This document shows positions 26,356 to 35,972 of a stretch of 64,000 nt of DNA, one piece after another. The notes below the pieces were generated by a model, which was not told the DNA's origin, made no database searches, and saw only the letters and a program-made list of their open reading frames with translations. The DNA is from an uncultured virus (IMG/VR IMGVR_UViG_3300044623_000338) (lineage: Duplodnaviria > Heunggongvirae > Uroviricota > Caudoviricetes), in IMG/VR virus record IMGVR_UViG_3300044623_000338. The stretch is one strand, 5' to 3'. The translations under genes were made by a program, and so were the position numbers. Position 1 is the first letter of the stretch. Each line of letters opens with the position of its first letter.

Positions 26356-28101
26356 ATGAAAAAGACTCTACATTTCCTATCAGGTGTGCCACGTTCAGGT
26401 TCTACGGTACTTGCAGCTATACTTAATCAAAATTCGGACACCCATGTATCTACTACATCAGGGTTGGTTCATGCACTAGATGGTTTGGCGAATGTGTGGC
26501 ATTCTGCGGGTTTATTGAATGAAAATGACCCTGAGCGTAAGAAGTTAGCTCAAACTATGCGTGGGGCTATTGATGCCTTTTATGAAGATGTAGATAAGCC
26601 CGTTATAATTGATAAGTCACGTGGCTGGCCTATAGCTCAAATTATGTCTGCTATGGCTCAAGTATTAGGGCATCAACCAAAGATTATTGCTACTGTTCGT
26701 TCTGTACCTGATTGTGCGGCATCGTTTGTACGTATTGCTAAGCCCGAAGATTTAGATGAGTTTATGGAATCTGGGCAGTTGATGGATCACTTAAAGGCTG
26801 CGTACATATCGCTACAGAACGGTTACTTAGCGGCACCGGATAACTTCTTATTTATTGAATACGATGACTTAATTTCTAATCCTAAAGAGCAACTGCAACG
26901 TATACATACCTTTTTAGAATTACCTGATTTTGAATACGACTTTAATGCTATTGATGGTTCTACTGTAGCTGAGGATGATGAGCAGTTGCATGGCACTAAA
27001 GGTATGCACGATGTGAAACCTGTTCTTGAAAGACAGCATAACGAAAACCCAAAAGATGTATTAGGTTCTTATTATGGCTCATTCTGCCAGCCTGAGTTTT
27101 GGTTAGAGACGCCTAGGACTATGCCTGACTTACATGACTTGGACTTACAACTAGCCGCATCTACTACAGGTGATTTTGCTGAAGGCTGGCGCATAGCGCA
27201 GAAGTTAGAGGCTACAGAGCCAAGTAACAACAGAGCTGCATATAATCGTGGTTGGTATCTCTTAAGACAAGGTCAGATTCAAAAGGGTTATCAGTTATTA
27301 GATAGAGGTCGTATTGCTGGAGTCTTTGGTAATAAACAACCAGATGTACCTACACCGCAGTGGGATGGCAAGACTAAAGGGATTGTGCTGTTAAATCTTG
27401 AAGGCGGTCTAGGCGATCAAATACACCAAGTTAGATATGCTAAGTATATCGCTGAGAAGGGCTGTAAAGTCATCGTGGCTTGCTCTGGTCAGTTAGCTTC
27501 TTTATTCGTTAATGTAGAGGGTGTATCTAGCGTTATTCAACACGAAGCGGTGTTTGGTATCTACCATGACTTTTGGGTTGCTGGTATGAGTGCTATAGTA
27601 CCGTTAGGCTTTGAATTAGAAGATATTAGTGGTGCACCTTATTTACCTAAACCTGTTACAATAAAGGGAAGAAAGAAACGTATTGGTTTGAGGTGGCAAG
27701 GCTCTACACAGTTTGAACATGAGCACCACAAAGCCTTTCCTTACCAGTTGATGTTTGATGCTGTTAAGAGTGATAACTACGAGTTTATAAGTCTACAAAG
27801 AGATGCTGGTGTAGAGGCTACGCCTATGTGGGTTAAGCAAGTACCACTAAATAGTTGGGAAGATACTAGAGCTGCTGTAGCAAGTTGTGATTTGGTTATA
27901 TCGGCATGTACCAGTGTATCGCACTTATCGTCTGCTATGGGGATTGATACGTGGGTGGTGACGCCTATTATGCCATACTTCCTATATGCACTAGAGGGCG
28001 AAGCAACCCCATACTACGACAGTATGACCTTAATAAGACAAGAAAGTTTTGGCGAGTGGGATGCACCATTTGCATTAATTAAAGAAAGATTGGAGAAATA
28101 A
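26356..28101 (+). CDS. Sulfotransferase + TPR-like + GT9-like glycosyltransferase fusion
   Basis: N-terminal SGVPRSGSTVL (PAPS loop), DKSRGW, IEYDDL; C-terminal EGGLGDQI, IGLRWQG, FISLQ, DLVISACTSVSHL. Confidence 0.8.
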   Translation: MKKTLHFLSGVPRSGSTVLAAILNQNSDTHVSTTSGLVHALDGLANVWHSAGLLNENDPERKKLAQTMRGAIDAFYEDVDKPVIIDKSRGWPIAQIMSAMAQVLGHQPKIIATVRSVPDCAASFVRIAKPEDLDEFMESGQLMDHLKAAYISLQNGYLAAPDNFLFIEYDDLISNPKEQLQRIHTFLELPDFEYDFNAIDGSTVAEDDEQLHGTKGMHDVKPVLERQHNENPKDVLGSYYGSFCQPEFWLETPRTMPDLHDLDLQLAASTTGDFAEGWRIAQKLEATEPSNNRAAYNRGWYLLRQGQIQKGYQLLDRGRIAGVFGNKQPDVPTPQWDGKTKGIVLLNLEGGLGDQIHQVRYAKYIAEKGCKVIVACSGQLASLFVNVEGVSSVIQHEAVFGIYHDFWVAGMSAIVPLGFELEDISGAPYLPKPVTIKGRKKRIGLRWQGSTQFEHEHHKAFPYQLMFDAVKSDNYEFISLQRDAGVEATPMWVKQVPLNSWEDTRAAVASCDLVISACTSVSHLSSAMGIDTWVVTPIMPYFLYALEGEATPYYDSMTLIRQESFGEWDAPFALIKERLEK

Positions 28102-29322
28102 ATGTCAACTAAGTATCCTGGTGGTGTCATAAAATCCTCACCTGTAGTACCAGCTGGGCCGTATCAAAACAGTTCTGCTTCAGGTGTATGGACAATGGAG
28201 CAAGCGGGATACTGGATAAAACAAGGCAACTGGCCCACTGCTGGGAATTTAGCACCTAATAAACTTTATTCTTGGGGGTATAACGTTTTTGGGATGTTGG
28301 GTCTAGGTAATACAACTGACTTCTCAAGCCCTAAGCAAGTAGGTGCCCTTACTACTTGGTCTAAAATAGCAGGTGCCCAAATATTTTCTCTAGCAACTAA
28401 AACAGATGGCACTCTTTGGTCTTGGGGGTATAATGGTAATGGTCAATTAGGATTAAATAATACCACCAGCTACTCAAGCCCTAAGCAAGTAGGTGCTCTT
28501 ACAACTTGGTCTAAAATAGAAACTCTTAGAGGTCCAGCGGGGGTCTTAGCTACTAAAACAGATGGTACTCTATGGTCTTGGGGGTCTAATGACAGTGGAC
28601 AGTTAGGTTTAGGTACTTCAGGTGCTGGCACTTATAAATCTTCACCAAATCAAGTGGGTGCTCTTACAAATTGGTTAACTATAGCATGTGGAAACAATCA
28701 TAGTATAGCAACTAAAACAGACGGCACTCTCTGGTCTTGGGGAAATAATAATGAAGGACAATTAGGTTTAGGAAATACAACTAACCGCTCCAGCCCTGTA
28801 CAAGTAGGTGCACTTACTACTTGGTTAAACATAGCAGGAGGATTCTACCATTCTATAGCGACTAAAACAGATGGCACCTTATGGTCTTGGGGCTTTAATA
28901 CTCAGGGGCAGTTAGGTCTAGGCAATACAACTAACTACTCAAGCCCCAAACAAGTAGGGGCTCTTACTACTTGGCTTAAAATTGCATGTGCAGAATCATC
29001 TACTCTAGTCATTAAAACAGATGGCACCCTGTGGTCATGGGGGATTAATAGTTTTGGTGGCTTAGGTCTAGGCAATACAACTAACTACTCAAGCCCCAAA
29101 CAAGTAGGTGTACTTACAACTTGGTCTGAAATAAAAGCTAATTACCAATGGGCTTTGGCAACTAAAACAGACGGAACTCTATGGTCTTGGGGAAATAACG
29201 CTAGTGGGCAGTTAGGTTTAGGCAGTATAACTAATCGTTCTAGTCCTGTACAGGTAGGTGCACTTACCACTTGGACCAATGTATCATGTGGTTATCAGTT
29301 CGCCCTAGCTACCCTCTCTTAA
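28102..29322 (+). CDS. RCC1/BLIP-II repeat beta-propeller protein 3
   Basis: Seven repeats; N-terminal KYPGGVI...ASGVWT...GNWP extension. Confidence 0.9.
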   Translation: MSTKYPGGVIKSSPVVPAGPYQNSSASGVWTMEQAGYWIKQGNWPTAGNLAPNKLYSWGYNVFGMLGLGNTTDFSSPKQVGALTTWSKIAGAQIFSLATKTDGTLWSWGYNGNGQLGLNNTTSYSSPKQVGALTTWSKIETLRGPAGVLATKTDGTLWSWGSNDSGQLGLGTSGAGTYKSSPNQVGALTNWLTIACGNNHSIATKTDGTLWSWGNNNEGQLGLGNTTNRSSPVQVGALTTWLNIAGGFYHSIATKTDGTLWSWGFNTQGQLGLGNTTNYSSPKQVGALTTWLKIACAESSTLVIKTDGTLWSWGINSFGGLGLGNTTNYSSPKQVGVLTTWSEIKANYQWALATKTDGTLWSWGNNASGQLGLGSITNRSSPVQVGALTTWTNVSCGYQFALATLS

Positions 29323-29353
29323 TTTAATTTATTTCAAACAAAAGGAAACACAA

Positions 29354-29800
29354 ATGACACAATTATATGTACAAGTAGTAAATGGTGAAATGGCTCAATG
29401 TTGGGATACTACTCCTCCAGTGCCAGTAGGTCAAGATGGTTGGAGAAATGCTATTGAGATTATCCCTGCTACTATACCTTACCAACAAGGCTTAAATGGT
29501 CCAGTCTATGATTGTACTAAAGATCCAGTCGAAATTGTATGGACAACATTTGATATTTCAGTTGCTGATCGTAAATCTGGTCTTCAAGGTCAAAACTCAG
29601 GTCAGTTCAACCAAGTAGTAGCTTATGAAGCGCAAACTGAAACTGACGGCAACCCTAACACTCACTACAACGCACAAGTAGTTGCAGATGCTCAGACACG
29701 TTATGAAAGAATTAATGTTCAGATTATCGCTGCTACTACGCAAGACCAGTTAGATGTTATACAACAAGAACTAGACGCTTTTGTACCGCCATCTAACTAA
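29354..29800 (+). CDS. Hypothetical protein (tail fiber assembly-like position)
   Basis: AAGGA RBS; ends INVQIIAATTQDQLD. Confidence 0.65.
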   Translation: MTQLYVQVVNGEMAQCWDTTPPVPVGQDGWRNAIEIIPATIPYQQGLNGPVYDCTKDPVEIVWTTFDISVADRKSGLQGQNSGQFNQVVAYEAQTETDGNPNTHYNAQVVADAQTRYERINVQIIAATTQDQLDVIQQELDAFVPPSN

Positions 29801-29801
29801 T

Positions 29802-29963
29802 ATGAAAATACAATGGCACGAAGCCTCAACTAAACGAGGTATTATCTGGGTAGTGACTGCTGTAGTAGGAGCTGTTTTACTCTATCAAGGTAAGTCTGTA
29901 GACCAATTATTACTACTTGCTGGTGGTGTTGCAGGTGGACTTGGCGTAGTGTTAAAAGACTGA
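29802..29963 (+). CDS. Probable holin
   Basis: 53 aa from ATG 29802; WHEASTKRG followed by two hydrophobic segments; first gene of the lysis cluster. Confidence 0.65.
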   Translation: MKIQWHEASTKRGIIWVVTAVVGAVLLYQGKSVDQLLLLAGGVAGGLGVVLKD

Positions 29964-30442
29964 TGCCATACTTATTCGTTGCCATTATTGTTACAAGTTT
30001 TGCTTCTGGGTACGGTTTTGCGTATAAAGTATCACAAGCAGAAATTAGAGAAATGTCAGAGAGTATAGCTGACATGAACCGAGAAGCAGAATTACAACTA
30101 GCTACTCTTACTGAAGAAGCGGATAGGGCACATACAGAAGCCCTTAAGCTTAATAAAGAATTGGAGGATGCCAATGTATCAACAATCAATGCTATTAACA
30201 GCCAGCGTGATGCTTTTAAGTCTGTGCGCATGTACGACAACAGCAGGAAAAGTAGTAGTTGTACCGCAACAAAAGGTAATAATACCAACACCACTACTAG
30301 CCCCGTTGAAGATAGATACGAACTTTCAGACGAACTTACAAACTTTCTCAAGTCTGAAGCTTACAGAGCAGATCAGATAGCAGCCTATGCTGCACTATGT
30401 CAGAAGTTTGTGGTAGATAGCAACTGTGGGATAAGTAGATAA
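29963..30442 (+). CDS. Rz-like inner-membrane spanin
   Basis: N-terminal transmembrane segment, long coiled coil, ..AYRADQIA..A.LCQ C-terminus; next to the lysozyme. Confidence 0.75.
   Translation: MPYLFVAIIVTSFASGYGFAYKVSQAEIREMSESIADMNREAELQLATLTEEADRAHTEALKLNKELEDANVSTINAINSQRDAFKSVRMYDNSRKSSSCTATKGNNTNTTTSPVEDRYELSDELTNFLKSEAYRADQIAAYAALCQKFVVDSNCGISR
30174..30380 (+). CDS. Rz1-like outer-membrane lipoprotein spanin embedded in the +1 frame of Rz
   Basis: GGAGG (30163-67) 6 nt before ATG 30174; signal MYQQSMLLTASVMLLSLCA-C with lipobox; Pro-containing mature part. Confidence 0.75.
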   Translation: MYQQSMLLTASVMLLSLCACTTTAGKVVVVPQQKVIIPTPLLAPLKIDTNFQTNLQTFSSLKLTEQIR

Positions 30443-30891
30443 TGGAAGTTTCTAGCAAGGGTGTAGCTCTTATTAAAGAGTTTGAAAGTTTTAGAGCGGC
30501 GCCTTATCTTTGTGCCGCAGGTGTACCTACTATAGGCTGGGGAACTACTCGATACCCTGATGGGAAAGCAGTAAAGCTGTCAGACCCCAAAATAACAGAA
30601 GCTGTAGGAGATATGTACCTACATCACGATCTAAATACTTTTGAAAGTGCAGTTAACAAGGCGCTTACTATACCTATACAGCAAAGTCAATTTGATGCTT
30701 GCATATCCCTGTGTTATAATATAGGCCAAGGAAACTTTGCGTCTTCCACTTTGGTAAAAATGCTAAATGCAGGAACTGCACCCGACTTAATAGCTCCGCA
30801 GTTTCTTCGCTGGGATAAAGCCAAAGGTAAGTCATTAGCGGGTCTAACACGTAGGCGGAAAGCTGAAATGAATCTTTTTTTAAGTGCCTAA
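30442..30891 (+). CDS. Endolysin (GH24 phage lysozyme)
   Basis: LIKEFES...YLCAAGVPTIGWGTT...QFDACISLCYNIG...GLTRRRKAE. Confidence 0.93.
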   Translation: MEVSSKGVALIKEFESFRAAPYLCAAGVPTIGWGTTRYPDGKAVKLSDPKITEAVGDMYLHHDLNTFESAVNKALTIPIQQSQFDACISLCYNIGQGNFASSTLVKMLNAGTAPDLIAPQFLRWDKAKGKSLAGLTRRRKAEMNLFLSA

Positions 30892-30894
30892 CAC

Positions 30895-31380
30895 ATGTTA
30901 GGCTTTAACCCTATTGCAAGTGCTCCACTAGCGAGCATAATACTAAGCGCCTCTGTCGTTTTAACGGGGCAAAACGCTACTCTATCCCAAACATCTGTAG
31001 GTGTAACCGCAGGTAGTGTTACATTGCTTGCAGGGCAGAGTGCCCTAGCCCTTACGTTAAATCCAGTAGCCGTTGCTTTAGCCACAACATTAGCAGGGCA
31101 GAGCCTTACTTTAGTACAAAATTCCGTATCCGTTACGGCTGCATCTAATTACGAACTAATAGGCCAGTCTTTAACGCTAACACAAAACAGCACTAAAGAG
31201 GCTGTAGCTCCTACACTAGGGAGCCAAAACATGCAATTAACCTTGCATTCTATGCGCATGTGGAACAAAATAGACCCATCGCAGAACGCTAATTGGACGA
31301 GCATAAACACAACGCAATCATCAGGTTGGACTGAAATAAACACCGTTCAGAACCCTGACTGGACTGACATACCCACTTAA
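30895..31380 (+). CDS. Putative tail protein
   Basis: MLGF.PIASAPLA start, GQS repeats, C-terminal W..I...Q...W repeats. Confidence 0.65.
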   Translation: MLGFNPIASAPLASIILSASVVLTGQNATLSQTSVGVTAGSVTLLAGQSALALTLNPVAVALATTLAGQSLTLVQNSVSVTAASNYELIGQSLTLTQNSTKEAVAPTLGSQNMQLTLHSMRMWNKIDPSQNANWTSINTTQSSGWTEINTVQNPDWTDIPT

Positions 31381-31391
31381 GAGATACAAAG

Positions 31392-31982
31392 ATGCCAAGT
31401 ACCTATAGCTCTAATTTACGTATAGAACTCATTGCTTCTGGTGAGCAAGCCAACCAGTGGGGTATAACAACTAATACAAACTTAGGCACCCTTATAGAGC
31501 AAGCCATTGCAGGTTTAGCCAGTATAGATGTAACTGCGGGCAATGTAACCTTAACCTCTTTAAATGGGGTGTCCGATCAGTCTAGACAAATGGTACTTAA
31601 TGTAACGGGAACCCCCGGAGTGGCAAGGCAGATACTAGCCCCTGCTGTATCTAAAGTATATGTGGTTGCTAATGATTCTGATAGTGACGTTGAGATAATA
31701 ACTACGGCAGTAGGCAGTGTAGGAATTACAATTATTCCGGGGATATCAACAATAGTCTATACGGATGGTGTTGATTTCTATACAGCTAACGATAATGTAC
31801 TTTCTACTTATGCGCCTAATGTTGCGGTTATAACAGACGCTCTTGGTATATTGATAGGCTCTGCAGTTACAGCTACAGAATTAGGCTACTTAAGTGGGGC
31901 AACTAGTAATATACAGACTCAAATAAATAGTGTATCCGCAAGTAGTAAGTTCGCCCCTATTAACTTTGTCCTAAGCATATAA
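31392..31982 (+). CDS. Putative tail protein
   Basis: MPSTYSSNLRIELIASGEQANQWG.TTNTNL N-terminus. Confidence 0.7.
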   Translation: MPSTYSSNLRIELIASGEQANQWGITTNTNLGTLIEQAIAGLASIDVTAGNVTLTSLNGVSDQSRQMVLNVTGTPGVARQILAPAVSKVYVVANDSDSDVEIITTAVGSVGITIIPGISTIVYTDGVDFYTANDNVLSTYAPNVAVITDALGILIGSAVTATELGYLSGATSNIQTQINSVSASSKFAPINFVLSI

Positions 31983-31995
31983 CGGAGGCACATAG

Positions 31996-34242
31996 ATGCC
32001 TTTACAATACCTACAATTTAGGCCGGGTGTATCAAGAGAGTCTACAGATTTAGCTAACACAGGTGGTTGGTATGCCTGTGATAAGATACGTTTCCGTTCA
32101 GGTATGCCTGAAAAGCTAGGAGGGTGGGCGCCCGCTACATCAGCTACATTTCTTGGTGATTGTAAACATATTGTAGAGTGGGTTACTTTATCTGGGTACT
32201 ACTTACTTGGCGTAGGCACTAACTTAAAATACTACATATACTCTGGTGGTGCATACTTTGACATCACTCCAATACGAGTTACTTTAGACCTACCTGCAAA
32301 CCCTTTTCTACCTATATATTCTACGCTTAGTTCTAATATTACAGCTACAGCTACGTCTTTTAATGTTGTTAGTGGTACGTCTTTTGTTCGCTTAACGCCT
32401 TATGTTATTAAAATAGGCTCCGAAGAGATATGGGTAAGCACTGCAGCGGTTAATACTTTATCAGGTTGTATTCGTGGATACAATGGAACTACTGCGGCTA
32501 CACATATTGCAACTGATCCGGTAACAAGCTCTTGGCTTACAGTAAGCTCTCCTTATAATAATGCGACACCTAATGACTTTGTAACCTTTAGTGGGGCTAC
32601 GGCGTTTGGTCCGTATAGTACGGCTGTACTTAATAAAGAATACAAAATCAACTACGCTGACTCAGCCTATATCAATATAGATACTGGGGTTCAATCCACT
32701 GCGGTAACTGCAGGTGGTGGCTCTGCTCCTGTTGTAGCGGCTTATCAAGCAACTACTGGGTTAAATACTACTAGCTTTGGGGCTGGTTGGGGTGCAGGTC
32801 CTTGGAACGGCAATCATGGGTGGAATACCCCCTATCAGAGTAATGGTATTGAAGATGAGCTTCGTTTGTGGAGTGCTGATACCTTTGGGCAAGACTTGTT
32901 CTTTAACTCTGAGTACGGTCCTGTCTACTACTATGCTGGGACTAATGTTTCGTTAAGCGGTCAGGTAGCAGGTAGGGGGATTAATATTCGTGCTATAGGA
33001 GGAACTGATGGGTTTGCTCCTGCTGTGGGTACTCGTGTGTTTGTTACTGAAGAACGCCATGTTGTGGTACTAGGTGCTAATGATCCTACGCTCCCTGTAG
33101 TTCTTGCGGGTAGTTTTGAGCTAGGTATCCCTTACGTTATTGACACTGTAGGCACTACAGATTTTACTCTGCTCGGTGCTTCTAAAAACGAAATAGGGCA
33201 GTATTTTACAGCTACAGGCACAGGTTCAGGAGCTACTACAGGAAAAGCAATTAATGCTCGTAGAGACCCTTTATTAGTCCAATGGTGCGATCAAGAAAAC
33301 CCACTTATTTGGGACCCTGCTGATATAACTAACACCGCTGGTTTCTATAGGCTTACAAATGGTAGTGAGATAGTTACCTCAGAGAAGACCCGTAAAGAAG
33401 TTATTGTTTGGACAGACTCTGCTATTTATTCTATGCAGTATCAGGGGCAGCCTTTTATATTTGGGTTTAACCTTATCTCTGCTGAGGTAACTATAGCTTC
33501 GCCTAATGCTGCAACAACAGCTAACGGTATCACTTACTGGATGGGTATTGACAAATTCTATGCTTATTCCGGGCGTGTAGACACGCTTCCTTGTTCTTTA
33601 AGACAGTATATATTTGATGACTTTAATACCGACCAATCGGCTCAGGTATGTTCTGGTACTAATGAGAAGTACAATGAGATTTGGTGGTTCTATCCTTCTG
33701 CAGACTCTGAGGTTATTGACCGTTATGTCATTTACAACTACCTTGAAAAACTTTGGTACTATGGACAGATGCAACGCACTGCATGGTTAGACTCGCATAT
33801 ACAAGGGCTTCCTTGGGCGACTGTTGATGGTAGGTTGGTACAACATGAGAGTAGTGTGGATAACGGGTTAACTAACCCTCCTAGTGCGATTTCAAGTTAT
33901 ATAGAGAGTGCCAATTTTGATATTGGTGAAGGCGATCAGTTCTCTTTTGTTAAGCGAGTTATTCCTGACGTTGACTTTATTGGTTCTACTGTACCTGCTC
34001 CTTCTATTACAATGACTATCTCTGCTAAAAACTTTCCGGGGCAAGGCGCATTTCTTTCTACTGAGGCCGCTATAACTGCAGGTAATAAGGTGACTACACA
34101 GGTGTATGATTATACCGATCAAATATGGATACGTTTAAGAGGTAGACAAATAGCCTTTAGAATTAGTAGTGAGGACTTAGGTATAAAGTGGCAGTTGGGA
34201 ACTCCTAGATTAGAAGTACAGCCTGATGGACGTAGAGGGTAA
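31996..34242 (+). CDS. Tail hub/nozzle-like protein (P22 gp10-like position)
   Basis: 748 aa, beta-rich; RFRSGMPEKLGGW, WCDQE, EIWWFYPS, RTAWLD, RLRGRQ. Confidence 0.7.
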   Translation: MPLQYLQFRPGVSRESTDLANTGGWYACDKIRFRSGMPEKLGGWAPATSATFLGDCKHIVEWVTLSGYYLLGVGTNLKYYIYSGGAYFDITPIRVTLDLPANPFLPIYSTLSSNITATATSFNVVSGTSFVRLTPYVIKIGSEEIWVSTAAVNTLSGCIRGYNGTTAATHIATDPVTSSWLTVSSPYNNATPNDFVTFSGATAFGPYSTAVLNKEYKINYADSAYINIDTGVQSTAVTAGGGSAPVVAAYQATTGLNTTSFGAGWGAGPWNGNHGWNTPYQSNGIEDELRLWSADTFGQDLFFNSEYGPVYYYAGTNVSLSGQVAGRGINIRAIGGTDGFAPAVGTRVFVTEERHVVVLGANDPTLPVVLAGSFELGIPYVIDTVGTTDFTLLGASKNEIGQYFTATGTGSGATTGKAINARRDPLLVQWCDQENPLIWDPADITNTAGFYRLTNGSEIVTSEKTRKEVIVWTDSAIYSMQYQGQPFIFGFNLISAEVTIASPNAATTANGITYWMGIDKFYAYSGRVDTLPCSLRQYIFDDFNTDQSAQVCSGTNEKYNEIWWFYPSADSEVIDRYVIYNYLEKLWYYGQMQRTAWLDSHIQGLPWATVDGRLVQHESSVDNGLTNPPSAISSYIESANFDIGEGDQFSFVKRVIPDVDFIGSTVPAPSITMTISAKNFPGQGAFLSTEAAITAGNKVTTQVYDYTDQIWIRLRGRQIAFRISSEDLGIKWQLGTPRLEVQPDGRRG

Positions 34243-34244
34243 GT

Positions 34245-34577
34245 ATGAAAAATCCCGGCTTTAGTATTCCAACTCCTGATGTACTGCCTCTGCCCCCTTT
34301 GGAATATGATGTGCAGTATATGAACTCTTTAATAAGGCTCTTGAACTACTACATACAACAACAGGCTAATCCGGGGCATTTACGGGGGACTGAACTTGTG
34401 CTTACTTTAACAGGGTCCGGTGCACTACAGCCTGTGGCTTCTATAGAGCATATAATAGACCCACTTAACGCCCTAGTTGGTAAAACGATTGTTAATATTA
34501 TAGACCTTCCAACGGCTAATACTGGGCTAAGTTCTGGTGATGTTTGGAATAGTGCTGGCACCCTTAAAATTGTATAG
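34245..34577 (+). CDS. Tail-cluster hypothetical protein
   Basis: LPLPPLEYD...LPTANTGLSSGDVW. Confidence 0.65.
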   Translation: MKNPGFSIPTPDVLPLPPLEYDVQYMNSLIRLLNYYIQQQANPGHLRGTELVLTLTGSGALQPVASIEHIIDPLNALVGKTIVNIIDLPTANTGLSSGDVWNSAGTLKIV

Positions 34578-34586
34578 AGAATAAAT

Positions 34587-35972
34587 ATGGCATATAACCA
34601 AACTGCAAAAGGCATCTCAGCTCTAGGGCGTAAAGGCGATGACACCTTACTACATGTAAATAACGAAGAACTTGCTGGGCTCCAAGCCTTACTAGGCCCT
34701 ATATCAGTTAACCCCGATACCGGACTCCCTGAAGCATTTGCATGGAAAAACGTACTAACCACTGGATTTATAGGTATTGCGGGTGCTTTAACAGGTGGAG
34801 CTGGTGCCGCTGCTTTAGGTGGTGGGGCTTTAACTGGGGTAGGTTTAGGTGCAGGTCAAGGAGCTTTATTAGGTGGAGCACTAAGTTCTGCTGAAGGTAA
34901 AGGCTTTGGTTCTGGCGCACTAGGTGGAGCGATATCTGGTGGGTTTGGTGGTTATGGTGGTGTTGGTAGTTTCAATCCAACCACTGGAGCAGGGTTAGAC
35001 TCAGCGGGTAAAGCAGGTTTAGGTAAATCCGTAGCGGGCACTAGCGATGCTATTACTAATGTATCTAACGGAGTAAGTACATCTATCCCTGCACGGGGTT
35101 ATGGGGCTGTAGCTAAGGACGCACTTTCTCAACAAGCTTCGGGTATGGGCACTAAAGCAGGTATGGAGTCTTTACTCTACCCTGTAGGTGCAGGTACTGC
35201 ATTAGGTACTGCGGCTACTGATATGATACAGCAAGGTAATGCGGAGAGAGAACTAGCTAAACAACAACAAGCCTTAGCTGACGCCAATGCCTTAGATCAA
35301 CAACAGTACTTTGCAAGCTTAGGCTATGAGTTACCTCCACTAGCAGCCCTTAATAACCCTAATAACGCTGCACAACGAGACTATATACAGAACATTATTA
35401 ACCCTAGAGGGGCTGCTGCTGGTGGTGCTATGACAGTACAACTACCTATTGGTGGAACTCAAGTATCGGCTGTTTTACCTCCTAAGTACGTTGGTGTAAT
35501 GGAGAAAGTAGATATACCTTATGAACAAAACGAAATTAAAAATGAACTAGGGCTGGCACATGGGGGGTATATCAATACTCAACCTGTAAACCCAAATAAC
35601 ACCTACCCCCAGTCTCAAATACATAGTGCCCAACCTTATGCTGCGGCTACTCCACAACGTCATGAAGTACTAGATTACTATAAGGATGGCGGTTTTTTAG
35701 ACGGCCCCGGTGATGGAATGTCTGATGACATCGCTGCTAATATAGATGGGGAAGAAGAAATCAGATTGGCTGATGGAGAGTTTGTTGTACCGCCTGATCT
35801 AGTACGTATGTTAGGTTTTGGTGATCCTGAAGAAGGAGCCAAGTTATTAGACAACTTACTGCCTATAGTACGTCAAGCTTCTCATGGTAAGAAGACCCAA
35901 ATTAAACAGGACAGTGGTAAACTAGCGGCTGATAAAATGATTGCAAGGGCTATGAAGGGTAAGAAAGCGTGA
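34587..35972 (+). CDS. Putative DNA ejection/internal virion protein
   Basis: GRKGDDTLLHV...NPDTGLPEAF, Gly-rich hydrophobic segments, C-terminal GPGDGMSDDI...LADGEFVVP. Confidence 0.7.
   Translation: MAYNQTAKGISALGRKGDDTLLHVNNEELAGLQALLGPISVNPDTGLPEAFAWKNVLTTGFIGIAGALTGGAGAAALGGGALTGVGLGAGQGALLGGALSSAEGKGFGSGALGGAISGGFGGYGGVGSFNPTTGAGLDSAGKAGLGKSVAGTSDAITNVSNGVSTSIPARGYGAVAKDALSQQASGMGTKAGMESLLYPVGAGTALGTAATDMIQQGNAERELAKQQQALADANALDQQQYFASLGYELPPLAALNNPNNAAQRDYIQNIINPRGAAAGGAMTVQLPIGGTQVSAVLPPKYVGVMEKVDIPYEQNEIKNELGLAHGGYINTQPVNPNNTYPQSQIHSAQPYAAATPQRHEVLDYYKDGGFLDGPGDGMSDDIAANIDGEEEIRLADGEFVVPPDLVRMLGFGDPEEGAKLLDNLLPIVRQASHGKKTQIKQDSGKLAADKMIARAMKGKKA

Noticed and set aside
24015..29322. 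CRISPR array or DGR in the ~150-nt repeats
   Set aside because: The repeats are in-frame protein blades with no unique spacers; no reverse transcriptase or non-coding template repeat is seen in the window
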